Position numbers and translations under genes: made by a program
DNA from: Candidatus Hydrogenedentota bacterium
Lineage (GTDB): Bacteria; Hydrogenedentota; Hydrogenedentia; Hydrogenedentales; SLHB01
Reading direction: 5' to 3'
Length of the DNA: 64,000 nucleotides
Assembly: GCA_963745075.1 (NCBI GenBank)
Contig: CAVUWV010000001.1
Coordinates: 64,001-128,000 of the forward strand
Shown: positions 50,836-61,512 of the stretch, piece after piece
How the letters are laid out: each line of letters begins with the position of its first letter
Numbering within the stretch: the first letter of the stretch is position 1
The notes under the pieces: model-generated
Seen by the model: only the letters and a program-made list of their open reading frames with translations
Databases searched by the model: none
Told to the model about the DNA's origin: nothing

Positions 50836-53800
50836 ATGGCTAGGAACATTGCATTCGCGTTGTTGGCGTCCCTTTGGCTGGGGCACGCGGCACTGGCCGC
50901 GGACCTGGAGTTTCTGGAACGCTTCGCATTAGCGGACGACCGGGCCGAGGTCCTACAAGAACTCATTCCCGGCACCGAAGACTACTACTACTTTCACTGC
51001 CTCTACTTCCAAGAGAAGGCACAGTTCGATGAAGTAGACAAGCTGCTCACGACCTGGGTCGAACGGCAAGGCCAGACCCCCGGCGTTCAGGAAATCCGCA
51101 ACCGACAAGCACTTCTCCTGTACTCCTCAGACCCCGAGCGAACGCTCGACTACCTGAAAACGACGTTGAATCTTGATTTCAATCAGCAGCGTCAGTTACC
51201 CGGCGAGGCGCCCGATTTGCCGTCGCGCCTTGATCCCAAACTCATCAGCCGCGCCACGTTGCTACAACGCGCGCTCGACAACGCGCAGTACAACGATACC
51301 GTAGACGGCTTCACCCGTCACGCTTACGACTGGCTGCTGGGCGTGGATCTGAATGAATCCCGGTTGCGCAGCCTGTTGCAGTCCCTCGACCTCCCGGATT
51401 ATCCCAACCTCCCCGCCTTGGTCGCGAAGGATCTCAAGGCCCGTCACAGTGGCGGTTTCGGTTCCCTTCCCATTCACACGAAGATGGTACGCGAGCAACT
51501 CGACGAGCTTTTGGTGCTGATGCCGGAACTCTTGAATAATGACGTATTCATTCAGACCTATTTGCGACGGCTCCAGCCCGGCGCCGATGAACCCAACTGG
51601 CGGGTTCGTCCCCAAGAACGGGAAGCCTATCTGGAGCGCTTGGCCGCGTTTACCGACCGATTGGCCCCGGCGCAGAATTCACTGAAGGCCCTGGTCCTTT
51701 CTCATCGCTTGCAACATGACATGTCGCAAGGGGTCTACGATAAGGAGCGGTTCATCGAATACCTTCGTTTGCCGCGCCAGACCGATTATGTGAATCCCGC
51801 CTACCTGAGATCCCTCAACAACGTGCACTTCGTTCAGGATCTTCCCGGTGACATTCTCGCGGCAACGGCGCTCGATTCGGTGGGCGCAGACGAGGCTTTG
51901 GTACGCCAGTATTTGATGCACTTCTTCGAGTCCGGCACGGGCTACGACGACTTCACGACCTACATTCGCGAAGGCTACCTGAAGCGGCTCTTCGCAGAAA
52001 CCAAGCTGCTGCAAGGCGCGGGCGACCTCGATCAATGGTATTCCTGGCTCGACCCGGCCACCGTCGATGCGCTCAAGAAACGGGTCAACGTCGAGTTCGT
52101 GCCCGAAAACCGGACACGCTTCGCACCCGACGACGCCGTCAGCCTGGAACTGTGGATCAAGAATGTTGACCGTTTGTTGGTCAACGTGTACGAGATCGAC
52201 GCCAAGAACTATTACCAGCAATTCAACCGCGAGGTGAACACCGACATCGATTTGGACGGCCTCGTCCCGAACCATGAGGAGGTCTACACCTATTCCGAAG
52301 CGCCGCTACACCGGGTAAAGCGCCAATTCGAATTTCCCGAGTTGACGGGCCGCGGAGTATGGGTTATCGAATTCGTCGGTAACGGCCGAAGCAGCCGGGC
52401 GGTCGTCGAGAAGGGACGGTTGCAATACCTGAGCCGCACCGGACCCGCCGGGCAACTGATCGCCGTATTCGACGAAACCGGCCGGCAATTGCCCGACGCG
52501 TCGGTGTGGTTCTCCGGACACCTTTATACCGCAAACGATGACGGCGAGATTCCCTTGCCGTTCTCGACCGCCCCGGACCGAAAGCCGTTCGTGTTGTGCG
52601 ACGGCGATTTCGCCACGCTGGACACGTTTCAACACGAAACCGAGGAATACCGGCTTGCCGCCGGATTCCACGTCGACAGCGAATCCCTGCGGCCGGGACG
52701 AATGGCCGACGTGGCCGTTCGTCCGCTTCTGTATCTGAATGGGACGCCGATCCCGGTGAGTCTGATCAAAGATCCTGTGCTGACCCTCTATTCCATGACC
52801 GGAGACGGGATCACGAGCACGCAGCAGGTTCGGGACTTCCCCCTTCACGGCGGTGAGTTATCCATTCACTCCTTCCGGGTTCCTGAAAACCTCGCCGAAA
52901 TTCGATTCACGTTGACCGGCATCGTTGATCGGTTTACCGACCCGGAACCGCTCAACGTCGTCGCGCAACAAACGTTCCCCGTGAACGGCATCAACAAGAC
53001 CGAGCAGACCGCCGCGCTATTCCTGTCCCGCGTTGGTGGCGAATACATACTCGAAGCGCGCGACAAGACCGGGTTGCCCCTTCCCGGCCACGTCGTATAT
53101 CTGCGCATGAACCACATCGACTTCACCGACCCCGTGGACGCGAATCTCATTACCGACGCGGACGGTCGCATTATCCTGGGCGCCCTACCGGACATTGAGC
53201 GACTCGCTGCGACCGGCCAAGACATGAACAAACAGGACTGGGATCTGAGACAACCCGAGTTCAACTATCCCCGTGTGTTACAGGGCGATGTCGGGGATGC
53301 GTTGCTGGTCCCCTTCAACGCAGGGTCGACGAAATCTGAACACAATCAGGCGACGCTACTCGAAATCCGTGATGGCGAGTACACGGGCGATCGGACCGAT
53401 GCGTTGACCTTCACAAACGGGTACGTCGTCGCGTCGGGACTCCCCGGCGGCGATTACCTGTTGCATCTCAAACCCGCCGATCGACGCATCCACGTTCGTC
53501 TCACGGAAGGGGTCGACGGATCGTATTTTGTGGCGTCTGAGGAGCGTGCCTTGGAGATCGACCAGCCCACGCCCCTCCAGATTCAACTCCTGGAACCGGA
53601 TGACGAAAACGTCCGCCTTCGCATTGCGAATGTCAACGACCTGACCCGCGTCCACGTGGTGGCTTCGTGTTACCAACCGGACGTTCCCTTGTTTGACTCG
53701 TTGAACGTGACACAACCTTTCGCCCCCGACGCCAGAGCGGTGAATACCGGCTATGCCCTGTACCAATCGGGGCGCGATATCGGGGACGAACATCGCTACA

Positions 53801-56800
53801 TTCTCGAACGGCGTTTCGCGGCCAAATATCCCGGGAACATGCTGGACCGGCCCTCATTGCTGTTGAATCCGTGGGCGGTGCAGGAAACGCAGGCGCAACA
53901 AGAATCGGCCTCGGCGGGCGAGCCGCCGCCTCCGGCGGCACCTCCGCCCTTGGCTCAGAGATTATCGCAAGAAGGAGAGGAGCGCCAGGAAGAGTCCGCG
54001 CCACCTTCTCCCCCGTTCTCACCCAGCTACGACTTCCTCGGCGGCGACGCGGCTGTCTTCTACAACCTGAAGCCCGACGACAAAGGTGTGGTGACGATTC
54101 CCCGCAAGGACCTGCAAGGGCGGCAGTACCTTCAGATTGTCGCGACGGATCCCTTCTCGACGGTTGCAAGGAACGCCGCGCTCCCGGAACGAGACGTTCC
54201 AACGCGGGACCTTCGGCTGACCAAAGCGCTCGATCCGGCGCAGCACTACGTCGAGAAGAAACGCATCCGGGTCCTGGAAAGCGGCGACACCCTCGAGGTC
54301 AGCCTGACCGGCGAGGCCCAGGTCCAGGCGTACGATTCGATTCCCGCGGTATTCGCCTTGTTCCTGACGTTGAACAACGACCCTAAATTGAGTGAATTTC
54401 AGTTCATAACGCGTTGGCCGAAGCTCACTCCGGAGGAGAAACGGGCGCAGTTCTCCAAGTACGAGTCACACGAACTGAACTTCTTTCTTTATCACAAGGA
54501 CAAAGACTTCTTTGACGCGACGGTTCGGCCCTTCCTCGAAAACAAGGCCGCCAAGACCTTCCTGGACCATTGGCTGCTTGGTGACGATCTCGGCGAATAC
54601 CTGGAACCCTGGAGATACGGCCAACTGAATCTGGTCGAAAAGATCTTGCTGGCACAACGCATCTCCGAGGAACACCCGCACACGCAGCGGTACGTTCAGG
54701 ACGCGCTCGACATGATTCCGCCCGATCCGGAGTGGTTCAACGCGCGGTTCATGACGGCCCTGTACGGTGGCGCGCTGGCCGAGCGCACAAGTGGCGGCAG
54801 CCTTCCAAACGTGCAGGTCGGGGGCGAAATTCGGGTGCGCGAGAACTACTTCGCGAGCTATGGTTTTGACGGCATCGCCGATAGCGGTGGGAAGCCCGAG
54901 GGTCCATCGGGTAATGGTGGTTTCGGCGGTGGCGGACTCGGCGGGTATGGAGGCGCGGGGAGGGCTGCGGGACAGCCTGCCGTTCTTGGAGTGGAACTCC
55001 ATGACATGGTCCAGGCGTGGGACGCGCCGGCGGAAGAACTCAATTCGATTGGCTACGTTGAGCAACGTTCCCGTTTGAGCGTAATCGCTGACTTTGACCA
55101 AGACGCCATGAGACGCTACCGGGCCCTGTACCGGGCTACGGAAAAGACGCGGGAGTGGGTGGAGAACAACTATTACAAGCTCCCGGTTCGCCAACAAGGA
55201 CCCGACTTGATACGGTTCAACGCGTTCTGGCTGGACTACGCACAAAACGATGCGGGCCGGCCGTTCCGTTCGGAACACGTGACCGATGCGGCTAACAGTT
55301 TTCCGGAAATCCTCCTGGCGCTTGCCGTGCTCGACCTCCCCTTCGAAGGCGCGGAACCCGGCACGGAGACGAACGATTCGCACTATACGGTCAAGGCCGC
55401 AAGCCCGCTTATCGCGTTCTACAAGGACATCGAACCGGCCGAACGCACGGACTCGGACACGCCGATTCTCGTCAGCCAAAATTTCTTTCGGCTTGACGAC
55501 CGATACCGGCACGAAGGCAACCAGCGGTTCGACAAATTCGTGACGGATGAATTCCTGAGCGGCGTGGTCTACGGTTGTCAGGTGACCGTTACCAACCCGA
55601 CCTCGACCCCCCACAACATCGAAGTGTTGCGTCAGGTGCCGGAAGGCGCCATCCCCGTGGCGGGCGGCCGGTACACCAAGAGCGAGCGGATGCGGCTCGA
55701 ACCCTACAGCACCGCCACGATCGAATACCATTTCTACTTCCCGGAACCCGGCGAGTTCGATCATTACCCCGTGCACGTCAGCGAAGAAGGCGCCTTGCTG
55801 GCCTTTGCAGATCCGCAACACATGTCCGTGGTCGAAGAACCCAGCAACGTTGATACCACGTCCTGGCAATACGTGTCGCAGCAGGGCTCCCCGGAAGACG
55901 TGCTCGAGTTTCTACGCACGCACAACCTGAACCGGATCGAACTCTCCTGGATCGCCTGGCGGATGCGCGACCGGACTTTCTATGACCAGGCGCTGGCGTT
56001 GCTCAGGGAGCGGCACATGTATCAGCCGGTCCTGTGGTCCTTTGCCATGTATCACAACGATCCCGTGGGTATGGCGACCTATCTGCAGTATCGGGACGAT
56101 TTCGTGTCGGCGTGCGGTCCGAGCATCGAGAGCCCCTTGCTCACCATCGACCCGGTCGAACGAAAGGTCTATCAACACGTCGAATACGCGCCACTGATCA
56201 ATCCGCGGACCCACAATCTGAACAGCAAATGGACAATCACCAACGATCAATTGCGGGTTCAGTACGCGTCGCTTTTGGGTATCCTGGCTCACCGGCCGGC
56301 CTTGGACGACGAGGACCTCATGGACGTGTCCTACTACATGCTGCTTCAGGACCGCGTGCATGACGCGCTGACGTTCTTTGATCGCGTGGCCGCAGGCAAT
56401 CTGGATACACGCCTGCAATACGACTATTTCAAAACGTATCTCGCGCTCTACGAGGAAGACCCGGACTCCGCACGCCGGATTGCCGAGCAGTATAAAGACT
56501 ACCCGGTGGAACGTTGGCGGAAGCTGTTCGACGACGTGCGCACGCAAGTCGCGGAAATCATGGGCAGCGACTCGGCCGGAACCGATAGTACGAAGCGTAT
56601 GGAGCAGGACCAATTGGCGGCGGAAGCCCCGGGCCTGGAACTCGAAGTCAAAGAAGACTCGATGGTCATCTACTACCGGAACCTCGAAGAGTGCCGGCTT
56701 AGCTTCTACCCCATCGACGTCGAGATGCTGTTTACGCGCAACCCCTTCGCGCCGGCGCAATCGAGCCTGTTTGCCGGTGTGAAACCGGCGAGCGAGCAGA

Positions 56801-57201
56801 CCGTGCGCTTCGATGCGAACCAATCCCAAGTCGAGATTCCCTTGCCGGATACCTTCGCGGATCGCCACGTCGTGATCCAGGCGGAAGCGGCCGGGATCAA
56901 CCGCACCGGCATCCGTTATGCCAGCAGTCTGGTCGCGCAGTTGATTGAGACCTACGGACAGATTCAGGTCATGGACAAGGCAACGAACGATCCGTTGCCG
57001 AAGGTTTACGTGAAGGTTTTTGCGGCCATGGAGAGCGGCGAAACGCTTTTCTACAAGGACGGTTATACCGACCTGCGCGGCCGCTTCGACTACGCCTCGT
57101 CCAGCACCCTGGACGTGGGCGGCGTCCAACGGTTCGGAATCCTCGTCCTGGACGAAGCACAAGGCGCCAAAATCCTGACCGCAACGCCCCCCGGGCGATG
57201 A
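50836..57201 (+). CDS. very large secreted hypothetical protein (2121 aa), possible macroglobulin-like Ig domains plus helical regions
   Basis: Uninterrupted ORF; signal peptide; FALADDR..LIPGTEDYYY; TDADGRI; FYFPEPGEFDHYP; YVKVFA..FYKDGYTDLRGRFDY. Confidence 0.8.
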   Translation: MARNIAFALLASLWLGHAALAADLEFLERFALADDRAEVLQELIPGTEDYYYFHCLYFQEKAQFDEVDKLLTTWVERQGQTPGVQEIRNRQALLLYSSDPERTLDYLKTTLNLDFNQQRQLPGEAPDLPSRLDPKLISRATLLQRALDNAQYNDTVDGFTRHAYDWLLGVDLNESRLRSLLQSLDLPDYPNLPALVAKDLKARHSGGFGSLPIHTKMVREQLDELLVLMPELLNNDVFIQTYLRRLQPGADEPNWRVRPQEREAYLERLAAFTDRLAPAQNSLKALVLSHRLQHDMSQGVYDKERFIEYLRLPRQTDYVNPAYLRSLNNVHFVQDLPGDILAATALDSVGADEALVRQYLMHFFESGTGYDDFTTYIREGYLKRLFAETKLLQGAGDLDQWYSWLDPATVDALKKRVNVEFVPENRTRFAPDDAVSLELWIKNVDRLLVNVYEIDAKNYYQQFNREVNTDIDLDGLVPNHEEVYTYSEAPLHRVKRQFEFPELTGRGVWVIEFVGNGRSSRAVVEKGRLQYLSRTGPAGQLIAVFDETGRQLPDASVWFSGHLYTANDDGEIPLPFSTAPDRKPFVLCDGDFATLDTFQHETEEYRLAAGFHVDSESLRPGRMADVAVRPLLYLNGTPIPVSLIKDPVLTLYSMTGDGITSTQQVRDFPLHGGELSIHSFRVPENLAEIRFTLTGIVDRFTDPEPLNVVAQQTFPVNGINKTEQTAALFLSRVGGEYILEARDKTGLPLPGHVVYLRMNHIDFTDPVDANLITDADGRIILGALPDIERLAATGQDMNKQDWDLRQPEFNYPRVLQGDVGDALLVPFNAGSTKSEHNQATLLEIRDGEYTGDRTDALTFTNGYVVASGLPGGDYLLHLKPADRRIHVRLTEGVDGSYFVASEERALEIDQPTPLQIQLLEPDDENVRLRIANVNDLTRVHVVASCYQPDVPLFDSLNVTQPFAPDARAVNTGYALYQSGRDIGDEHRYILERRFAAKYPGNMLDRPSLLLNPWAVQETQAQQESASAGEPPPPAAPPPLAQRLSQEGEERQEESAPPSPPFSPSYDFLGGDAAVFYNLKPDDKGVVTIPRKDLQGRQYLQIVATDPFSTVARNAALPERDVPTRDLRLTKALDPAQHYVEKKRIRVLESGDTLEVSLTGEAQVQAYDSIPAVFALFLTLNNDPKLSEFQFITRWPKLTPEEKRAQFSKYESHELNFFLYHKDKDFFDATVRPFLENKAAKTFLDHWLLGDDLGEYLEPWRYGQLNLVEKILLAQRISEEHPHTQRYVQDALDMIPPDPEWFNARFMTALYGGALAERTSGGSLPNVQVGGEIRVRENYFASYGFDGIADSGGKPEGPSGNGGFGGGGLGGYGGAGRAAGQPAVLGVELHDMVQAWDAPAEELNSIGYVEQRSRLSVIADFDQDAMRRYRALYRATEKTREWVENNYYKLPVRQQGPDLIRFNAFWLDYAQNDAGRPFRSEHVTDAANSFPEILLALAVLDLPFEGAEPGTETNDSHYTVKAASPLIAFYKDIEPAERTDSDTPILVSQNFFRLDDRYRHEGNQRFDKFVTDEFLSGVVYGCQVTVTNPTSTPHNIEVLRQVPEGAIPVAGGRYTKSERMRLEPYSTATIEYHFYFPEPGEFDHYPVHVSEEGALLAFADPQHMSVVEEPSNVDTTSWQYVSQQGSPEDVLEFLRTHNLNRIELSWIAWRMRDRTFYDQALALLRERHMYQPVLWSFAMYHNDPVGMATYLQYRDDFVSACGPSIESPLLTIDPVERKVYQHVEYAPLINPRTHNLNSKWTITNDQLRVQYASLLGILAHRPALDDEDLMDVSYYMLLQDRVHDALTFFDRVAAGNLDTRLQYDYFKTYLALYEEDPDSARRIAEQYKDYPVERWRKLFDDVRTQVAEIMGSDSAGTDSTKRMEQDQLAAEAPGLELEVKEDSMVIYYRNLEECRLSFYPIDVEMLFTRNPFAPAQSSLFAGVKPASEQTVRFDANQSQVEIPLPDTFADRHVVIQAEAAGINRTGIRYASSLVAQLIETYGQIQVMDKATNDPLPKVYVKVFAAMESGETLFYKDGYTDLRGRFDYASSSTLDVGGVQRFGILVLDEAQGAKILTATPPGR

Positions 57202-57278
57202 CTACAACTCGACACAAGAAAGATGCTACATACACAAAGTCTGTATTGGTCCGCGAAGGTCCGTGTGAGTCCGTGTAG

Positions 57279-58589
57279 CTACTTCCGTATCCCGTTCAAC
57301 GCGCCCTTCGCCGCCGCAAGCGTCTTCTTGATATCCTCGTCCGTGTGGGCCGTGGACACGAACCAGATGCCCATCGAGGTAATCTGCACGCTGCGCTCCT
57401 GCAGTGCAATCCAGAATTTGCGCCCCAGTTCGTAGTTGGTCTGGCGGGCCGTCCGATAGTCCACCACCGGATCGGCGTCCTCTGGCAAGAACGTCGCACT
57501 GAATACGGTACCGACGCCGCGCAGGGTGATTGGCATCTCCAAGTCGTCGGCCAATTCGAGCAGTTTGATCGAAAGCTGATCGCCTTTCGCGTTCGCTTTC
57601 TTCAACAGCGCTCCGTGGTCGGCGCTCATGGCTTCCAGGGCCGCGACCGTGCCCGCCATGGCGAGCGGATTCGAATTGTAGGTCCCCGCATGAACGGTTT
57701 TCAGGGTCCCAAAGCGTTCCATGTACTTCGCTTTGCCTGCCACCGCGCTTACGGGCATTCCCGCGCCCAACGCTTTGGCAAAAATGGCAAGATCCGGAAC
57801 GACCCCGAAGTACGCCTGTGCACCGCCCAAACCCACACGGAATCCGGTGATGACTTCGTCAAAGATGAGAATCACTCCGTGCGCGTCACAGAGGCTGCGC
57901 ATCTTCGCGAGAAAGTCCGGTTGTCCCGGGATCAAACCGGCCGCCGACGCGAAGGGGTCACAAATCACCGCTGCCAATTCCTCGCCGCTCCGTTGGAACA
58001 ATTCTTCCAGCAATGCGGTATTGTTCCACGGCAGCACAACAAGATTGGCGCCGTCCTCCGGTTGCTGTCCCTCGGAGGACGGGCGCAGCGGAGGGCTCTC
58101 GCGCGGCCCCAAGTCTGCCGTCGGCGAGGCCTGATTCCAGGCGATGGTGTCGAACCAGCCGTGGTAATGGCCTTCGAACCGCAGGACTTTGCCGCGACTG
58201 GTACAGGCTCGTGCCAGGCGTATGGCCGCGTGGACCGCTTCAGACCCGGTCGTGCTGAAGCGGACCATCTCCGCGCATGGCACATGCTCGCAAATAAGTT
58301 CCGCTGCCCGAATCTCGAGTTCGGTCTGGCCGCCGAACACCAGCCCCCGCTCGGCTTGGCGGCGGACGGCTTCGATCACTTTAGCCGGCGTGTGACCGAG
58401 TATCATTGGCCCGTGGCCGAGCAAATAATCGACGTATTCGTTGCCGTCAACGTCCCAGATTCGGGACCCCTTGGCTCGTTCGAAGTGCAGCGGCACCGGT
58501 TCCGAGATCGCCCGGATGTTGCTGTTGATGCCGCCGGGAATGACCCGCTTGGCCCGCTCATGGGCGGCTTTGGACTTGTCGTACGACAC
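57279..58589 (-). CDS. class III PLP aminotransferase (GSA-aminomutase-like)
   Basis: IPGGINSN, DVDGNEYVDY, TGSEA, FEGHYHG, IFDEVITGFR, FAKALG, HAGTYNSNP. Confidence 0.9.
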   Translation of the reverse strand: MSYDKSKAAHERAKRVIPGGINSNIRAISEPVPLHFERAKGSRIWDVDGNEYVDYLLGHGPMILGHTPAKVIEAVRRQAERGLVFGGQTELEIRAAELICEHVPCAEMVRFSTTGSEAVHAAIRLARACTSRGKVLRFEGHYHGWFDTIAWNQASPTADLGPRESPPLRPSSEGQQPEDGANLVVLPWNNTALLEELFQRSGEELAAVICDPFASAAGLIPGQPDFLAKMRSLCDAHGVILIFDEVITGFRVGLGGAQAYFGVVPDLAIFAKALGAGMPVSAVAGKAKYMERFGTLKTVHAGTYNSNPLAMAGTVAALEAMSADHGALLKKANAKGDQLSIKLLELADDLEMPITLRGVGTVFSATFLPEDADPVVDYRTARQTNYELGRKFWIALQERSVQITSMGIWFVSTAHTDEDIKKTLAAAKGALNGIRK

Positions 58590-58598
58590 GTGTGCCCC

Positions 58599-59642
58599 CT
58601 AGCTCAACTGCACTTCTTTGCCGGTTCGGCTCGACTCGTACGCTGCCGCGGCCGCGGCCACCGCCTGGCGTCCGTCCCATCCCGGCGCGACCAGCGGCTC
58701 ACCGTTGTGTATCGCATCGATCACGTTGTTGATGTTCGCCGCATACGTCTTCAGCCGCACGGGATCGAGGAAGCCTTTGCCGGCCCAGTCGATGGGTTCC
58801 TGCTCGGCCGCGACTTCCCAGTCGCCGCCATCGAAGGAAACCCGCATCTCGCCGTACCAGTCAACGTCGATCAACCCCAACTCGCACACGATCCGGGTGG
58901 CGCCACCGCTGCGCTCGAATCCCGGCTTCACTAGTTCGAAAGAGCAGAAAATCGACACGACCGAGCCGTCTTCCATCGTCAGCAAGACATCGGATGTACC
59001 ATCGACCGGATATTGGCCGCTGATACAACGCACTTTCGCGAAGACCGATTTTATTTCCTGCCCGGTGAACCACCGGGCCTGATCGATGTTGTGTATTCCG
59101 TGCCCCATCAGGATGCCCACGTTGGCCGGAACTAATTGCCAGCGCGGCACGGCGCCTTCCATGCCGTTCGGCACGAGCTGGGTCGAGCGCATGTGCATGA
59201 TGCGGCCCATCTTGTCCGAATCCAGCAATTTCTTGGTCTCGAGCGGACACGTGCGGAACCGCTGCGTAAACATTACCGCGCACTGCACGTCGCTGTCCTT
59301 GCACGCGCCCAAAATGGCGTCGCATTCGCCTACCGTGCATGCCATCGGTTTCTCGATGATGAGATGCTTGCCCGCGCGGGCCGCGGCGAGTCCCTGTTTT
59401 CCATGTACGTCGTGCGGCGTCGCGATGCAAACGAGATCGACGGCGTCGCTGGCGATAAGTGCTTCCGGCGACTTAAAGTGCGGGACCTCGTATTCCGTCG
59501 CCAACTTTTCCGATCGCGAACCACCCGCAACCCCGGCCAATGCCGCGCCGGGTACGAGTGTTTCCACGGCGCGGGCATAGGTTTGCCCCATGAACCCCGC
59601 GCCAAGTACTCCAATGCCAAGTGTCTTATTCGATTTGGTCAT
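58599..59642 (-). CDS. Gfo/Idh/MocA family oxidoreductase (cytoplasmic)
   Basis: GAGFMG, ATPHDVH, IEKPMA, HGIHNID. Confidence 0.9.
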   Translation of the reverse strand: MTKSNKTLGIGVLGAGFMGQTYARAVETLVPGAALAGVAGGSRSEKLATEYEVPHFKSPEALIASDAVDLVCIATPHDVHGKQGLAAARAGKHLIIEKPMACTVGECDAILGACKDSDVQCAVMFTQRFRTCPLETKKLLDSDKMGRIMHMRSTQLVPNGMEGAVPRWQLVPANVGILMGHGIHNIDQARWFTGQEIKSVFAKVRCISGQYPVDGTSDVLLTMEDGSVVSIFCSFELVKPGFERSGGATRIVCELGLIDVDWYGEMRVSFDGGDWEVAAEQEPIDWAGKGFLDPVRLKTYAANINNVIDAIHNGEPLVAPGWDGRQAVAAAAAAYESSRTGKEVQLS

Positions 59643-59646
59643 CGAT

Positions 59647-61383
59647 TCAATCTCTTTCCGCAGTCGTTCCATTCTCATGATGGAGGATTCGTCGCGTAAA
59701 TACCACCGTAAGCGCACCGGTTGCCAGCAGGAAAACGCCTACGACAATCGAGAGCCATCCTTCCCGGATGCCCGCCGTTACAAGAACGGCCAGGATCATA
59801 ATCGCGCCCAAGGCGGCGCTGGCAATTCCAATCACGCGTACCGCGAGGGAAGCATCGCCTCCCGCATCCAGGTCCGCTTTCACCGGAAGCTCCCGTCTCG
59901 TCAGACCGGCGAGGAACCGAGCGATTCGGTCCACATGTTCCGGCGGATTGGGTTTTATGGCGCTCACCCCAAACAGGACGACCGTCGTCGGCACGGCCGT
60001 AATCCATGTCAGATACTTGACGCTTCGCAAATAGCCGAGATCTTCATAGCCGCCGAGGACGTAGGTCGCGACCCCGAGCACCGTGCCGACCACGAATGCG
60101 GTAACCGCTCCGGCGTTCGACGCCCGTTTGGATAGTAATCCGGCCATCATCGGAATTGCCACGGGCGGCAGGAGGACGCCGAACAATTGCGCCATGTACT
60201 TGACGAGATCTTCCTTCTCCTGCGCGCTGGCCAGCAGCAAGGCGATGACCATCGCCAATCCACCAATGAGAAAGGTCGAGCATCGTCCCGTCAGCACCAG
60301 TGCGCGGTCCGAGAAGGTTCTGCCGAAGAAGCGCTTCACGATGTCGTTGGTGATAACCGAGGCGCCTGCGTTGTAGTCACTGGAAAGCATCGACATGGTC
60401 GCCGAAAACATCGCCGCGATGATGACGCCGAGCATGCCGACGGGCAACAGTTGCCGGCAAAGCAAGGGATAGACATCGTTGAAGTTTGTGATATCCGGCA
60501 TGAAGATGCGCGCCGCCATGGCCGGCAGAAAGAGCAAGGGAGGGCCAACGAACATGAGCGCCGCAACGAGATACCCCACCTTGCGCGCGTCGCGATCCGA
60601 TGCCACGGAGTAGTAGCGCTGCACGTAGGGCCATTTGGTTGCATACGTGAGCAAGAGCAGCACCCCAAACGCGATCAACCACGGCCACGTGTAATCGCCG
60701 CCGACGGGAGAAGCGAAATGTTCGGGCACGTTCTCGACAAACCCGGTGATTCCGCCTACCCGTCCCAACGCTAACGGCACGAGCACGATAACCGCAATAG
60801 CGACAATGACGAACTGGATCACATCCGTGATCATCACGGCCCACAGGCCCCCCAGAAACGTATAGACGAGAATGATGCCGCCGCACGCCGCAATGGCGAG
60901 GTGAAGGCTGTAGTCGTGTTGGAGCCCGAGACTCACCGTCACCATCTTCCCGATGACGAACAGCTTCAGGCCATCGTCCACGATGATCAACGGTAGCCCG
61001 ACCCAACTAAACCCCTGTCGCAACGCCGGGCCGAACCGGGTCTCGATGTATTCGAGCGGACTCGTCGTCGCTGCCCGGCGCCACCGTGCCGCGAGGAAAT
61101 ACGCGCTGAAGAGGCAACTCGGCACCGAGAACCACCAGATCGTGATGGCCACGAACCCATGCTGATACGCCAACGCCGAATACGCGACGAAGGTGAAGGC
61201 GCTGAAGGTGGTCATATACAGCGAAATCCCGGATACCCACCACGGCACCTGCCGGCCGCCGCTGAAGAAGTCCTTCAGATCCTTCATCCGGTTCGCGTAA
61301 TACAGCCCGATCGCCAGCATGACCACGAAGAATCCGGTCAGGATGGCGTAATCGGCCGCCGCAAAACTGTTTCCAAATTCCAT
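59647..61383 (-). CDS. sodium:solute symporter (SSS) family protein
   Basis: DFFSGGRQVPWW, SAFTFV, YTFLGGLWAVMITDVIQF, VQRYYS, AAMFSATMS. Confidence 0.9.
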   Translation of the reverse strand: MEFGNSFAAADYAILTGFFVVMLAIGLYYANRMKDLKDFFSGGRQVPWWVSGISLYMTTFSAFTFVAYSALAYQHGFVAITIWWFSVPSCLFSAYFLAARWRRAATTSPLEYIETRFGPALRQGFSWVGLPLIIVDDGLKLFVIGKMVTVSLGLQHDYSLHLAIAACGGIILVYTFLGGLWAVMITDVIQFVIVAIAVIVLVPLALGRVGGITGFVENVPEHFASPVGGDYTWPWLIAFGVLLLLTYATKWPYVQRYYSVASDRDARKVGYLVAALMFVGPPLLFLPAMAARIFMPDITNFNDVYPLLCRQLLPVGMLGVIIAAMFSATMSMLSSDYNAGASVITNDIVKRFFGRTFSDRALVLTGRCSTFLIGGLAMVIALLLASAQEKEDLVKYMAQLFGVLLPPVAIPMMAGLLSKRASNAGAVTAFVVGTVLGVATYVLGGYEDLGYLRSVKYLTWITAVPTTVVLFGVSAIKPNPPEHVDRIARFLAGLTRRELPVKADLDAGGDASLAVRVIGIASAALGAIMILAVLVTAGIREGWLSIVVGVFLLATGALTVVFTRRILHHENGTTAERD

Positions 61384-61512
61384 CGTGCGTTTTGAACTCT
61401 CGTGTCCGTTCCCTGCCGGCGCTTCGCAAACGGCGTCGAAATGCGGTATTCTGGCGCGAAGCGGTTCGTGAATCCCCAAATGCGTGTGCGAGCAACGATA
61501 GGACAAACTACC

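Noticed and set aside
57279..58589. hemL assignment
   Set aside because: The family motifs fit, but the context is a transporter/dehydrogenase operon with no tetrapyrrole genes, so no symbol was given
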